Origin: a virus
Length of the DNA stretch: 64,000 nt
IMG/VR virus record: IMGVR_UViG_3300034418_009484
Span: 1-64,000 of that record
Direction: 5' to 3' (one strand)
Translations under genes and position numbers: made by a program
The notes under the pieces: model-generated
What the model was told of the DNA's origin: nothing
The model's input: only the letters and a program-made list of their open reading frames with translations
The model's database searches: none
Shown here: in pieces, positions 48,047-57,456 of the stretch
Position numbering within the stretch: position 1 is the stretch's first letter
Layout: each line of letters opens with the position of its first letter

Positions 48047-48429
48047 TCCTCTTCCTTTTCATTGTAGGGTAGTTCTATGTATGTTATGTTGTTTAACTCA
48101 CACCATTCTTTCTTATCTGCATCGTTCTTCCTTTGATTTATAAAATCTTGCGCAGAAACATGAAACATACTATTAAATTTATAATGCTGCTGACCGTGAA
48201 CTTCAACAGCAAGTTTTACCTTATTGATATAGAAGTCCAAGTATTGGGTCTTTCCCGGCCTTGCATTAATTGGAACTTCTTCTAAAATCTGAATGGTGGG
48301 GAAAAGACCATACAATATCCTTCTGGCATTGATATGAAGTTGTGATCTTCTTCTGCTGTCAGAAGCACTAACTATATCACCCCTCAGTTTCCAGTTAGAA
48401 GTATTGCCATATAAATCTTTTACTTTCAT
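48019..48429 (-). CDS. Vsr/DUF559-like endonuclease
   Basis: LDFYI...AVEVHGQQHY...DADKKEWC. Confidence 0.75.
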   Translation of the reverse strand: MKVKDLYGNTSNWKLRGDIVSASDSRRRSQLHINARRILYGLFPTIQILEEVPINARPGKTQYLDFYINKVKLAVEVHGQQHYKFNSMFHVSAQDFINQRKNDADKKEWCELNNITYIELPYNEKEEEWLNRINHR

Positions 48430-49418
48430 CCCATTCCAATCATTTCAAAAACCTGCTGCCTAAGATCATTATAGTAGGATGGGTTATCTTCTAGATAAGT
48501 GGCAAAGTTAGACATTCCTTGAACCTTTTCGCCATTAGGAAGAGTAATCCAAGTCTTACCTTCGACAACGCCAAAGTCTTTAGCTAGCTCTGCAAGCTCA
48601 TATTCATTCCAGATACCATGCCCGTATTTAATAATACTTGTAACCTTTTGTCCCGGCGCACCAATCGCAGAGTTTTCAACAATCCAGTTAACCTTCTGGC
48701 CTATTTGTGTTTCTCCCTGCATGAGAGGTTGTTTGTGAGTAGCCCATAGTTTCACATCTTGAGCATATTTAAGTGCATTGCCTGACTTCTCTACTTTAGT
48801 TTTACCTGCGCCAAACTTCTGGATATTAGCCATAAGATGAGTGATACCAACAAGCGTCACTCTATTAATTGGAAGTACGTTTGCAAATCTTCTAGTAAAC
48901 TTGCTTAGATAACGATTCATTGCAGCAACCTGTGTATCTGTAATATCTGCAACCAATTCTGCTTCTGCTGCTAGTGCAGAGAACGAATCAATAACACATA
49001 CAGCATGAGGTTCATTATGAATAATGTTATCAAAGATACCTAGATACTTTTCACCAGAAAGAATATTTCCCTTTGTAGAACCAACAATTTTGAATAATTC
49101 TGATGAATAATCAAGTCCTCTAATACCTTCTAGGTCACGCTTCTTGAGCCTACCTTCAACATTTCCATAATAGATATTTCTATCTTTTTTATTTTCTGTT
49201 TTCACATTTTGTGCATTTTTACAAAACTGTAAAGCATGTACAGTCTTACCAATTTTTTCTGGACCTGTCATGATAAACAGGCATCCTTCTGGCACTCCCC
49301 CACCTAAAGCAATATCAATTTTAGGACTAACTGAAATAATAGGCGGTGGATTTTCAACTATGTGAGATGCATCAAGAAGAACATCGCCGTATTCTTTAAT
49401 AATATCTGTTTGTGTCAT
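48426..49418 (-). CDS. recA: RecA/UvsX-like recombinase
   Basis: IDIALGGGVPEG, GPEKIGKT, VIDSFSAL, SGNALKY. Confidence 0.88.
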   Translation of the reverse strand: MTQTDIIKEYGDVLLDASHIVENPPPIISVSPKIDIALGGGVPEGCLFIMTGPEKIGKTVHALQFCKNAQNVKTENKKDRNIYYGNVEGRLKKRDLEGIRGLDYSSELFKIVGSTKGNILSGEKYLGIFDNIIHNEPHAVCVIDSFSALAAEAELVADITDTQVAAMNRYLSKFTRRFANVLPINRVTLVGITHLMANIQKFGAGKTKVEKSGNALKYAQDVKLWATHKQPLMQGETQIGQKVNWIVENSAIGAPGQKVTSIIKYGHGIWNEYELAELAKDFGVVEGKTWITLPNGEKVQGMSNFATYLEDNPSYYNDLRQQVFEMIGMG

Positions 49419-49849
49419 TCAAGATCCTCTAGTTTTGAAATAATAGATTTTTTCTTATTGTTACTTTCGTATGTTTCTTTCTCTGAGAAATCATACTCTA
49501 TTTTCTTTGCAATCTCTCTAGCAATGTCTTCTTTTGCTTTATATTCCTTAATAACATTTTCAAGAAATGGGTTTCTTAAAGAATAAGTTCTCCACATTCT
49601 TTTGTCTTTTAATGCTGCTATTATAGAATGTTCTCCATATTTTTTCAATAACTTATTAGCTAAAGTTATTTGATATTTATAGAATTTACGCCATTCATTC
49701 AACTCCCAAAATTTTATTGGGAGTTCTTTTTTATCAATTTTCGCTTTCTTTTCACAGATTACTTCTGTAATATATTGCGCGGCGTGTACAAACTTTTCTG
49801 GAGAATATCTAGAAGGATATTTACTTTTTTTAGTTTGTTTTTTACTCAT
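49415..49849 (-). CDS. Hypothetical protein
   Basis: 144 aa, ATGA-coupled to recA. Confidence 0.65.
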   Translation of the reverse strand: MSKKQTKKSKYPSRYSPEKFVHAAQYITEVICEKKAKIDKKELPIKFWELNEWRKFYKYQITLANKLLKKYGEHSIIAALKDKRMWRTYSLRNPFLENVIKEYKAKEDIAREIAKKIEYDFSEKETYESNNKKKSIISKLEDLE

Positions 49850-50207
49850 CTTCTGAAATAGTATGAATGTTCTTTTTTACATCTTTAGACAACCTGAGAG
49901 AACGCATTTCATCTGATCTTGCAGATTCGTTTGGAGTCATGATAGTGACACCTTTATTTTTTTTACCCTCAGTTTCATGAACAAAATGAGTACTAGTTTT
50001 ATCTGCTTTTGCAAATCTTTTTTCATTTACAGCAGCATCTTGTTCAACAGTATTATTTTCATAAGGATCAATATTATCAGAATATTTTTTTACTGTTCTA
50101 GAATCTCTTTTTAAAAAGACAGAAATTTCTTCAACAGATTTTCCCTCCATTACCATTTTTTCAATACAGTAAATTTCAATATCAGAGATTTTATTTCCTT
50201 TAGTCAT
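49842..50207 (-). CDS. HTH-containing protein
   Basis: GKSVEEISVFLKRDSRTVKKY. Confidence 0.55.
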   Translation of the reverse strand: MTKGNKISDIEIYCIEKMVMEGKSVEEISVFLKRDSRTVKKYSDNIDPYENNTVEQDAAVNEKRFAKADKTSTHFVHETEGKKNKGVTIMTPNESARSDEMRSLRLSKDVKKNIHTISEDE

Positions 50208-50608
50208 ACCACTTCCCTTTCTGCGTTATTAAGCCAAGCCGAATTTTTAGTTTTTAAATAATTTCTGTATAGATCAAAAACTTTTTTACTAGTAGGTTTT
50301 AATACCCATTCAGGTTTTCCAGCATGTCTCATTTGAGATTTCTGCTTTCCTTCACTATACATACCGATAGGATCATAAAGTTTTCCGTACTTTCCTCTTT
50401 TAACATAGTAGGTTACTTTTTTACCTTGTACAAGTTCTGCCGCAAATACATTATGAAGCATAAAGATATCCATATCGTCGTCTTCTTCTAATTCTAATAA
50501 AGGAAATCCTGATTCATCTTCTGTTTCATGCATACCCCAAAAGGTATATGCTTTAATAGCAATATCCTTACTTTTATTATTCTTCGCATTAATCTTAAAT
50601 TCACTCAT
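50204..50608 (-). CDS. Hypothetical protein
   Basis: Coupled ORF in operon. Confidence 0.6.
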   Translation of the reverse strand: MSEFKINAKNNKSKDIAIKAYTFWGMHETEDESGFPLLELEEDDDMDIFMLHNVFAAELVQGKKVTYYVKRGKYGKLYDPIGMYSEGKQKSQMRHAGKPEWVLKPTSKKVFDLYRNYLKTKNSAWLNNAEREVV

Positions 50609-50985
50609 TTATTTTTCCTTTTATTATCAATTTCTGTTTTTGAAAGTCTTTCTGAATTTTCATATCCCCCCATAGTCATTCCTTCTGGAAGTTTTTCTTC
50701 AAGAGTATTTCTCTTTTTAGTTTTAAAATCTTCTCTCATTCCTTCAACAGTTTGTTTTCCAAGTTTCTTACATCTTTTGTCTGCTAGTTCTCCCAAGGTC
50801 GTTGCTTCATGCATTCCTTTAATGTAGTTTGGAGTTATGTTATCTGCTAAAAAATCTCTATGAATTTTCTTGCTTTTACAGGATGGGCATTTTGATTTTT
50901 TTAATTCCGATTCATATTCTTTTACATGAAAAAACCTTTCAAATGTCCTATCGCATTTATCGCACCTAAAACTATACTCTGGCAT
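50605..50985 (-). CDS. FmdB-family Zn-ribbon protein
   Basis: MPEYSFRCDKC...CPSCKS. Confidence 0.8.
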   Translation of the reverse strand: MPEYSFRCDKCDRTFERFFHVKEYESELKKSKCPSCKSKKIHRDFLADNITPNYIKGMHEATTLGELADKRCKKLGKQTVEGMREDFKTKKRNTLEEKLPEGMTMGGYENSERLSKTEIDNKRKNK

Positions 50986-51212
50986 TATTCTTCCTCTTGT
51001 TTATTCAAAAAATATTTTTTTATATCTAAGCATTTTTTACAATAAATTTTTGCTGTTCTTATTTCAATTCCGTCTTTTGAAAGCTTTAGCCTAAAACCCT
51101 CTTGATCTTTCCTATATCTTCCTTCGACTTCTACATCAGGTATTATAACCGTGACTTTATCGCTATTTTTTAACATTCTATTACAATTATCACATTTTTT
51201 ATATTCGTACAT
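50985..51212 (-). CDS. Small Zn-finger protein
   Basis: ATG at 51212 (after the hairpin) preferred; CDNC...YCKKC. Confidence 0.6.
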   Translation of the reverse strand: MYEYKKCDNCNRMLKNSDKVTVIIPDVEVEGRYRKDQEGFRLKLSKDGIEIRTAKIYCKKCLDIKKYFLNKQEEE

Positions 51213-51223
51213 GTTGTATCCAT

Positions 51224-51282
51224 AAAAAAACGCGCCCTTTATTAACGTCATTTTACCTGAGCAAAAGAGAGGTTAGGCGCGT
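51224..51282 (-). terminator. Extended hairpin with T7 tail
   Basis: On the - strand ACGCGCC/GGCGCGT outer stem, TAAC/GTTA and TTTTGC/GTAAAA inner stems, then a T run. Confidence 0.65.
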
Positions 51283-51285
51283 GTG

Positions 51286-51498
51286 TTATTTGTCTATGTA
51301 AATTGAAATATCTTTTTTAAATTTAATTGAGTATCCCTTTTTGCCCTCAGAAAATTCAATTGAATCTGCTATAGAAGAAACTATTGGAATAATCTTATCT
51401 AAAGTTTCTCTTGACATATTAATGTTTTCTAAAACCTTTTCGACAATTAAATCTGAAATCCAAGAGTTTCCATATTCTTCTTTGTCTTTTTCACTCAT
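51286..51498 (-). CDS. Hypothetical protein
   Basis: 70 aa, coupled. Confidence 0.55.
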   Translation of the reverse strand: MSEKDKEEYGNSWISDLIVEKVLENINMSRETLDKIIPIVSSIADSIEFSEGKKGYSIKFKKDISIYIDK

Positions 51499-51790
51499 CT
51501 TTTCTCAATAAATGCCAAACTTCATCTAATTTTTCACATGCATTATCTAAACCTGATTTTTTACACAGTCTGTAAAACTCTTCCCACTCCTTAACCAAAT
51601 CTAGTATAGAAGGATCTTCTACAACTGGTGGAGGGACAACAGGTTTTTCTCTCTTGGTAAAATTTTTAAATAAATCCACAACTTGTGATAAAAAAGGTTT
51701 TAATGAAGGTAGAACTAAAATAAGACCACCTCCAAGTAATAGCATTATTACGGGATCTATACCCCTTATGTAATTAATAATTTCATTCAT
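51491..51790 (-). CDS. Single-pass membrane protein
   Basis: VIMLLLGGGLILVL then a Pro-rich linker. Confidence 0.6.
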   Translation of the reverse strand: MNEIINYIRGIDPVIMLLLGGGLILVLPSLKPFLSQVVDLFKNFTKREKPVVPPPVVEDPSILDLVKEWEEFYRLCKKSGLDNACEKLDEVWHLLRKDE

Positions 51791-51978
51791 TATTTTGTTT
51801 CTCTAACTGTGTCACCAACGATCCATGCTATAACGATACTAACAACACTAAGCAAATGTTCTGTATCCAATGTTACTCCAAAAACTTCTGATCCTACGAC
51901 AGCAACCAAACCTATAGCAGCAGCCCAGAATCTTCTTGATTTTAATAATGATAAAAACTTAGTCATTTTTTTCTCCAA
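51790..51978 (-). CDS. Holin-like two-TM protein
   Basis: LKSRRFWAAAIGLVAV...VSIVIAWIVG; KSRKFW-type start typical of small phage holins. Confidence 0.55.
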   Translation of the reverse strand: MEKKMTKFLSLLKSRRFWAAAIGLVAVVGSEVFGVTLDTEHLLSVVSIVIAWIVGDTVRETK

Positions 51979-52306
51979 TTTGTTCGTTAACTAACATAAA
52001 AATATCTTTTTTATTTGTTTTATTGAAACTGTCTTTCAAAGAATCAAGTAAATACTCTCTTTCTTTTTTTCCTTTTAAATTTTTTCTAACAGATCTCCAT
52101 AAAGCGAACCTTGTAATTGGCCCCATTTTATTCAAAGCAGACGATGTTGACTCGGTGGTTCCATATATTTTATATAAAAATTTAATTACCTGCATAACAA
52201 TATTGGCTACAGTTATAATAGTCAAAATGTCTAATGAATAATTTTCTTTTTTTGCATTTGATGCAGCTTTTTTAGAAACTAAAAAGCAAAAATCTTCTAA
52301 ATTCAT
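51959..52306 (-). CDS. Hypothetical protein with hydrophobic segment
   Basis: ILTIITVANIVMQVI. Confidence 0.55.
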   Translation of the reverse strand: MNLEDFCFLVSKKAASNAKKENYSLDILTIITVANIVMQVIKFLYKIYGTTESTSSALNKMGPITRFALWRSVRKNLKGKKEREYLLDSLKDSFNKTNKKDIFMLVNEQIGEKND

Positions 52307-52309
52307 TTT

Positions 52310-53083
52310 CTACCTTCCAAATAGCCTACTAAAAATACTTCTTCTTGGTCTAATACAATTGCCAGAAGGACATGAACCACTTTGGTTTTGAATATAAACT
52401 GGTTCAGTATAAATCACTTGAGAATAACCACATTTAGGATTATGATTACAGTCTTGTCCTGACTCTACACATGGACATGGACTTCTATGCCCGTCTCCAT
52501 GTATAACATAACCCTTACCCTCACATATACACTCTTCTACTGGATTTGGAGGTACAGGATCATCATCGTCATCATTATTATAATCTTTAATTGCCTTTAA
52601 TGTTTTTTCTTTATATTCCTCAAACACTGAATCATACTCTGGAATATACATTTTCCATGCAAAACCGTAAAATAAATCCTTTAATTTTTTTCTTTCTTCA
52701 TTCGTTATTGGTTCACTCTCATCTTGCTTTCCAACAACTTTAGACATAATACCAGAAGCGGTAATAGACCACTCAGGATATTTACCACTATTTTCACCTT
52801 TAAGAACCTCATCACCCAAATACTTTAAGTAGTACTGAAGTTGTAAGTTTGTTTTTATATCTAATTCATCATACTGTTGCCACATAGCATAAAACATACC
52901 TGAATATTCAGCAGAGTCTCTATTGTCTATTTCATATAAAGATGAAACCAAATCTACTATTTCTTCACTAGGTTTTTGTAATTTATCTGGCATAGGATTC
53001 TCTTTTTCATAAAAGGATAGGAATATAGCTAATCCAATCAATAAGCATCCTAAAATTAATTTGAAATTTAAATTCATGACCAA
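52310..53083 (-). CDS. Membrane-anchored/exported protein with Cys-rich tail
   Basis: N-terminal TM segment; CICEGKG...GDGH..PCPC...CPSGNC...RRSIFSRLFGR. Confidence 0.6.
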   Translation of the reverse strand: MVMNLNFKLILGCLLIGLAIFLSFYEKENPMPDKLQKPSEEIVDLVSSLYEIDNRDSAEYSGMFYAMWQQYDELDIKTNLQLQYYLKYLGDEVLKGENSGKYPEWSITASGIMSKVVGKQDESEPITNEERKKLKDLFYGFAWKMYIPEYDSVFEEYKEKTLKAIKDYNNDDDDDPVPPNPVEECICEGKGYVIHGDGHRSPCPCVESGQDCNHNPKCGYSQVIYTEPVYIQNQSGSCPSGNCIRPRRSIFSRLFGR

Positions 53084-54003
53084 TCTCCTAAGCCATAATC
53101 AGGAAGTTGTTTAGCAGGAAAACCGTTTACATCACTAAATACAAAAGACCCTCTAGCGTTTAAAATAGCCCTAGCATCTTTCTCTCTAACCCAAAAACTT
53201 CCGTCAGGTTGCCCATGTCTCTTAGGACCACCGTTCCATTTTCCCCAGCTATTTTGAATTAAAAATAAAGTTTCATCATATATTTCTCTAGTATCATCAC
53301 AGGCTATCCAGGCCATTGCGTGCGCCCAAGATCCTTTTCTAACAGATATTCCATTTTTATCCCTAGAAGATGAAAATCCTACCATGCTACAACAAGATAG
53401 GGCATAACCGTTAGCTAAAGCATCTCTAGCTTCTTCTACTGTACTCACCAACGAAATTGTTTTAACCTGATGTTTTCTTGCCTCTGTCTTGTAAATTTCA
53501 TTCGGAATTCTTTTTTTTGCTCCTAAAGATGAATTATAATTTGATAAATTAACTAATTCATAATCTTTTCTTATTAAGATGCCTCCTTGCTGATTTACAT
53601 ATTTAGCAGCACCAGAACAGGTCATTCCTTGACCCATATGACTTCTAGATTGATATATAGCCTCTGTAGCACCCCTAGCAATAAAATTTTCTGCCTGACC
53701 TTTAATATCAATTTCTACAGCCCTTGTGACATCAATAGCATTGCGAGTTGCATGAGATACGCAATCTCCAGTTGTTTGCCTTTCTGCTGGACCAAAACCC
53801 TTATCAAATTTTAGTAACGATTTGAAAGGAAGGCTTAGTTTGCCCTCACCAGAAGAATCTAAATCATAAGCAGCAGCCCCAAATAAAGGGGAACTTAATT
53901 CTGCCAATAATTGCTTTGTTTCTTCTGGGTCGCATTCTGCACCAACAAAACCATGTTCATACGCATCTACTAATTCTTTAGTATTTTTAAATTTAGAAAC
54001 CAT
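53074..54003 (-). CDS. Papain-like (C1) cysteine peptidase
   Basis: Oxyanion Q and catalytic Cys in RQTTGDCVSHA; His in WAHAM; Asn in QNSWG. Confidence 0.85.
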   Translation of the reverse strand: MVSKFKNTKELVDAYEHGFVGAECDPEETKQLLAELSSPLFGAAAYDLDSSGEGKLSLPFKSLLKFDKGFGPAERQTTGDCVSHATRNAIDVTRAVEIDIKGQAENFIARGATEAIYQSRSHMGQGMTCSGAAKYVNQQGGILIRKDYELVNLSNYNSSLGAKKRIPNEIYKTEARKHQVKTISLVSTVEEARDALANGYALSCCSMVGFSSSRDKNGISVRKGSWAHAMAWIACDDTREIYDETLFLIQNSWGKWNGGPKRHGQPDGSFWVREKDARAILNARGSFVFSDVNGFPAKQLPDYGLGDWS

Positions 54004-54018
54004 AATATTAATACCTAT

Positions 54019-56529
54019 CTAACATTTGGACCAACCACATTTTGTACAAGTAACACATCCTTCCTGCCTAATCAATGAGTCTTGTTCACATTCTGGACAA
54101 TATCCCTCTTCCTCTGATCCATCTGGTATATATTTTTTTAATGCTCTTGCCATACTCTTTGCAAAAGAATTCATATCTCCTTTTACTTTCTCTAATTGTT
54201 GAACAATCATTTGAGTATCTGCACCGCTTCTAAGTGCTGTAGAAGTCATTCTTGTCAAAGCATCTTCTTCTTCACTACAAGTTTGATTTATCGGAGAAAG
54301 CTCAAGACCATCTTCTAAGATTGCTTTATAAACACCTTTTGGACGACCTAGTTTTATGATTTTTCCGGTTTTAATTTTTTTGTCGATAAATCCATTTTTA
54401 CCAGCAAACACCTCATATACCTGACCTTCATATAGCCCAACAAGAACAAAGTATTCTTCACCTTTTACTTTTATATGATAAACATCACATTTTAGTTCTT
54501 TTGGTCTTTCCTCTGGGAGTTTTTCTTCTTTATTATCAATAGAAGAATTAGCAGAAAGAACAGCAGTCATTGTTCCTGCTCTATAGGTCGTAAATCCTTT
54601 TATTCCTTTTTTCCATGCCTTATTGTAAACTTCTTTAAAGTCTTCATATGGATAATCATTTGGTAGATTGATTGTTTTAGAAATAGCTGAATCAACCCAA
54701 TTAGCAAATATTGACATTGTATTAACATGAGAATCAACATCAAGATCCATAGTGCAAGACGCCCAATTAGCATCAGCAGACCATTTTTTATTCCTCCTTA
54801 AATAAGATACACCATAATCTTCTATCCATTCTTCTTTTAAAAGACCTCTTGTACGATCAAATTTCCACACTTTCCCTTCAAATTCTGTTGCAAGAAGATT
54901 CTCATCCCCTTCTTTTACCCATTTCCAATCAGTATGAGGACTTCCATTATATTTTTCTAAATCAAATTTTTTATTTTCCCAGTCAACATTTTTAGGACTT
55001 GCCAAGCCATCTGGAACCGTTGGTTGAATAGATGTTCTAAAATATCCATGCATAAATAGAGGTTCAAGACCACCGCTGACTAAGTTTGCATAACAAGAAC
55101 TATTGCCAGTCGGCTGAATAGAAGTAACGTGTGAGTTTCTTATTCCATATTTTTTTATTAGTCCAACCGTATCAACATTTAAATTTTTAATAAATTCGCC
55201 ATCAAGATACTTATCTTTATCGAATAGGGGAAAAGCTCCTTTTTCTTTAGCTAAAAATGAAGAAGCTTTGTATGCTTCATTTGTAAAAAACCTCATAAGA
55301 TTTTCTGTCATTTCTAAAGCTTTCTTGCTTCCATACTTTACCCTAGCCATCATCAATGCTGAACCATACCCCATAACACCAAGACCTATTCTTCTTTTAT
55401 CAATCAGATTTTTCTTTTGAGATTTTAGAGGAACATTTGTTTTGTCATTAACATTATCCATAAATCTTATCGCAATATGTATACATCTTTCTAACTCATC
55501 ATATTTCCAGTCTTTATTTTCTGGATCAATAAAATGAACTAAATTAATAGACCCTAACAAACAAACACCCCCGATGGGTAATACCTGTTCACCACATGGG
55601 TTTGTAGCATTAATATTTTCACAATAATGAAGATTGTTCATCTTGTTCATATTGTCAATAAAAAGAACCCCCGGTTCATTTCTATTATATGTATTATCCA
55701 TAATTAGATTCCACAAATCTCTTGCAGAATCAAAGGTGTGGTAGGGAACGCATGGAGATTTATCGCTTTCGTCACTAGCCTCTGCCAGTTTTACCCATTT
55801 TTTAAGATCTCCATCCCATTCTTTTTTATAAAGATTTGGGTAATCTTCATAGTTTGGAAACCATAAAAACCATGCTTGGTCTTTTTTAACAGCTTCCATA
55901 AAATCATCTGTACATAAAACAGACATATTAAATTTAGATAACCGTCCTGGCGTTCTTTTTGCTTCAATATATTCAATAATATCTGGATGCCAGCAACTCA
56001 TAGTTACCATTTGCGCACCCTTTCTGATAAAATTCTTTTGGTCTTTTCTTGACTTTTTGCTTGATCCTGCTGTAATAATCTCTGATGATTTGTCCCATAA
56101 CTCTAAGAACTTTACAGAACCGGGAGACTGGTTTGCAATTCCTCCAATATGTGAACCGCAAGGACGCATTACATCTGCACAAAATCCATAGCCTCCTTCG
56201 CTTTTTAAAATTTGTGCTTGTTTAGTTAGTGTAGAATAAATACCTTCGATAGAATCCAGATCAGTACCTTCAAAACCGTCAACAAAACAATTAATATAAG
56301 TCGTTCCCTTTAATCCAGTTCCAGCATTGCTTGTAATTCTTCCGCCTGGAACAAATTTAAAATCTTCTAATATCTCATAAAACCTTTCTTCATATTTTTC
56401 TTTTTCTACTTCAACTGATGCTAAGTCTTTCGCAACTCTTCTCCAAGTGTCTTCAATATTTTTATCATCTCCAAATTTATATTTCTGATACCATGTTTCT
56501 TCTGAAAATGAATTTGTAAATCTTGACAT
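54019..56529 (-). CDS. nrdJ: Class II (B12-dependent) ribonucleotide reductase
   Basis: PGGRI, NCF, RKGAQM, EPG, TNPCGEQ, CLLGS, IQPTG, TTYR; TSCPD-like region and C-terminal CPEC...CxxC.WSKC; no nrdB nearby. Confidence 0.88.
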   Translation of the reverse strand: MSRFTNSFSEETWYQKYKFGDDKNIEDTWRRVAKDLASVEVEKEKYEERFYEILEDFKFVPGGRITSNAGTGLKGTTYINCFVDGFEGTDLDSIEGIYSTLTKQAQILKSEGGYGFCADVMRPCGSHIGGIANQSPGSVKFLELWDKSSEIITAGSSKKSRKDQKNFIRKGAQMVTMSCWHPDIIEYIEAKRTPGRLSKFNMSVLCTDDFMEAVKKDQAWFLWFPNYEDYPNLYKKEWDGDLKKWVKLAEASDESDKSPCVPYHTFDSARDLWNLIMDNTYNRNEPGVLFIDNMNKMNNLHYCENINATNPCGEQVLPIGGVCLLGSINLVHFIDPENKDWKYDELERCIHIAIRFMDNVNDKTNVPLKSQKKNLIDKRRIGLGVMGYGSALMMARVKYGSKKALEMTENLMRFFTNEAYKASSFLAKEKGAFPLFDKDKYLDGEFIKNLNVDTVGLIKKYGIRNSHVTSIQPTGNSSCYANLVSGGLEPLFMHGYFRTSIQPTVPDGLASPKNVDWENKKFDLEKYNGSPHTDWKWVKEGDENLLATEFEGKVWKFDRTRGLLKEEWIEDYGVSYLRRNKKWSADANWASCTMDLDVDSHVNTMSIFANWVDSAISKTINLPNDYPYEDFKEVYNKAWKKGIKGFTTYRAGTMTAVLSANSSIDNKEEKLPEERPKELKCDVYHIKVKGEEYFVLVGLYEGQVYEVFAGKNGFIDKKIKTGKIIKLGRPKGVYKAILEDGLELSPINQTCSEEEDALTRMTSTALRSGADTQMIVQQLEKVKGDMNSFAKSMARALKKYIPDGSEEEGYCPECEQDSLIRQEGCVTCTKCGWSKC

Positions 56530-56561
56530 TAAAATCCTACTCCTATGTACATAAAATTAAA

Positions 56562-56589
56562 GACCCATCTCGTTTTTGCGAAATGGGTC
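56562..56589 (-). promoter_or_regulatory. Hairpin in the nrdJ leader (terminator/attenuator-like)
   Basis: On the - strand GACCCATTTCG-caaaaa-CGAGATGGGTC then TTTAATTTT, about 30 nt before the nrdJ ATG. Confidence 0.6.
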
Positions 56590-56604
56590 GTAATTATTTT
56601 TTAA

Positions 56605-56730
56605 AAAGCAACACATGGGTTAACTAAATATACAAGTAATTTATAATTGTTTAATATTGAGTTAATAACTTTTAATAATTGTTTACTTCTAGTATTTAGC
56701 TTAATAATATTAGTCGAGATGTGTTGCTTT
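56605..56730. repeat. 12-bp perfect inverted repeat enclosing an AT-rich stem-loop
   Basis: AAAGCAACACAT (56605-56616) / ATGTGTTGCTTT (56719-56730), with nested CTAAATA/TATTTAG and AAGTAA/TTACTT. Confidence 0.8.
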
Positions 56731-56818
56731 AACCTAATGTAAAAATTACAACTAAGCTTAATTTCTCGACCATTATTATTATACACCTTGAAATTTGTAA
56801 TAGATTATTTAAATTTTA

Positions 56819-57031
56819 TTATCCGTATTTTTTTACGTTCTTATGAACGCAGTCACAATATGTTAAATTTTCAATTAATTTTTCATTCTTTTTAATTGTG
56901 CCATTTAAACTTGTATAGGTTTTATTTATTCCTCTACCTAGACATTTCTTACATTTAGAAGAAGCATACATATCTGCAACATCATAATCTATTGTAGTTG
57001 TGTATGTAAAGCCTTTTGATTTATTTTTCAT
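56819..57031 (-). CDS. Small Zn-binding protein
   Basis: CKKCLGRG...CDC; GGAG RBS. Confidence 0.65.
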   Translation of the reverse strand: MKNKSKGFTYTTTIDYDVADMYASSKCKKCLGRGINKTYTSLNGTIKKNEKLIENLTYCDCVHKNVKKYG

Positions 57032-57043
57032 TTATATCTCCAC

Positions 57044-57079
57044 AAAAAAAGCGAGGTGCAACATTTAATTGTACCTCGC
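57044..57079 (-). terminator. Intrinsic terminator
   Basis: GCGAGGTACAA...TTGCACCTCGC followed by T7 on the - strand. Confidence 0.85.
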
Positions 57080-57103
57080 GATTCGTTAAATTATAAGAAA
57101 AAA

Positions 57104-57424
57104 CTATTTTTCTTTTTTACTACCAGTTACACTATTATTATTTGCTAATGTAGTTACAATGCTTGTCATAATATCAATTTTAGAATTCAAGTTTGATTCT
57201 AATCTATCAATTTTCTGTTCAATCTTGTTATCAAAAGTATCTAGTTTTCTCTCCATAACATCCAATCTACGATTAATTTCGGCATTAACCTTTTCTTCCA
57301 ATACCGTCAATTGTTTATTATGAGATACCACTGTTTTTAATAACCATACTATTACAGGTAAAAAAACAAGAGCAGCAATTTCCAATAGTATTTTAATAGT
57401 ATCTAAAAAGCTGTTATCTAGCAT
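57104..57424 (-). CDS. TM + coiled-coil protein
   Basis: ILLEIAALVFLPVIVWLL then heptads. Confidence 0.6.
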   Translation of the reverse strand: MLDNSFLDTIKILLEIAALVFLPVIVWLLKTVVSHNKQLTVLEEKVNAEINRRLDVMERKLDTFDNKIEQKIDRLESNLNSKIDIMTSIVTTLANNNSVTGSKKEK

Positions 57425-57456
57425 AATATCTCCTGCTATTGCTATAAGAGAATTAA

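Noticed and set aside
56601-56786. 61-aa ORF in the track
   Set aside because: GTG start inside the promoter-like motif, no RBS, and it overlaps the inverted repeats; probably not coding.
56540-56790. Cobalamin riboswitch upstream of B12-dependent nrdJ
   Set aside because: No recognisable B12-box or GGGAA core, and the region is very AT-rich; kept only as an unknown structured leader.
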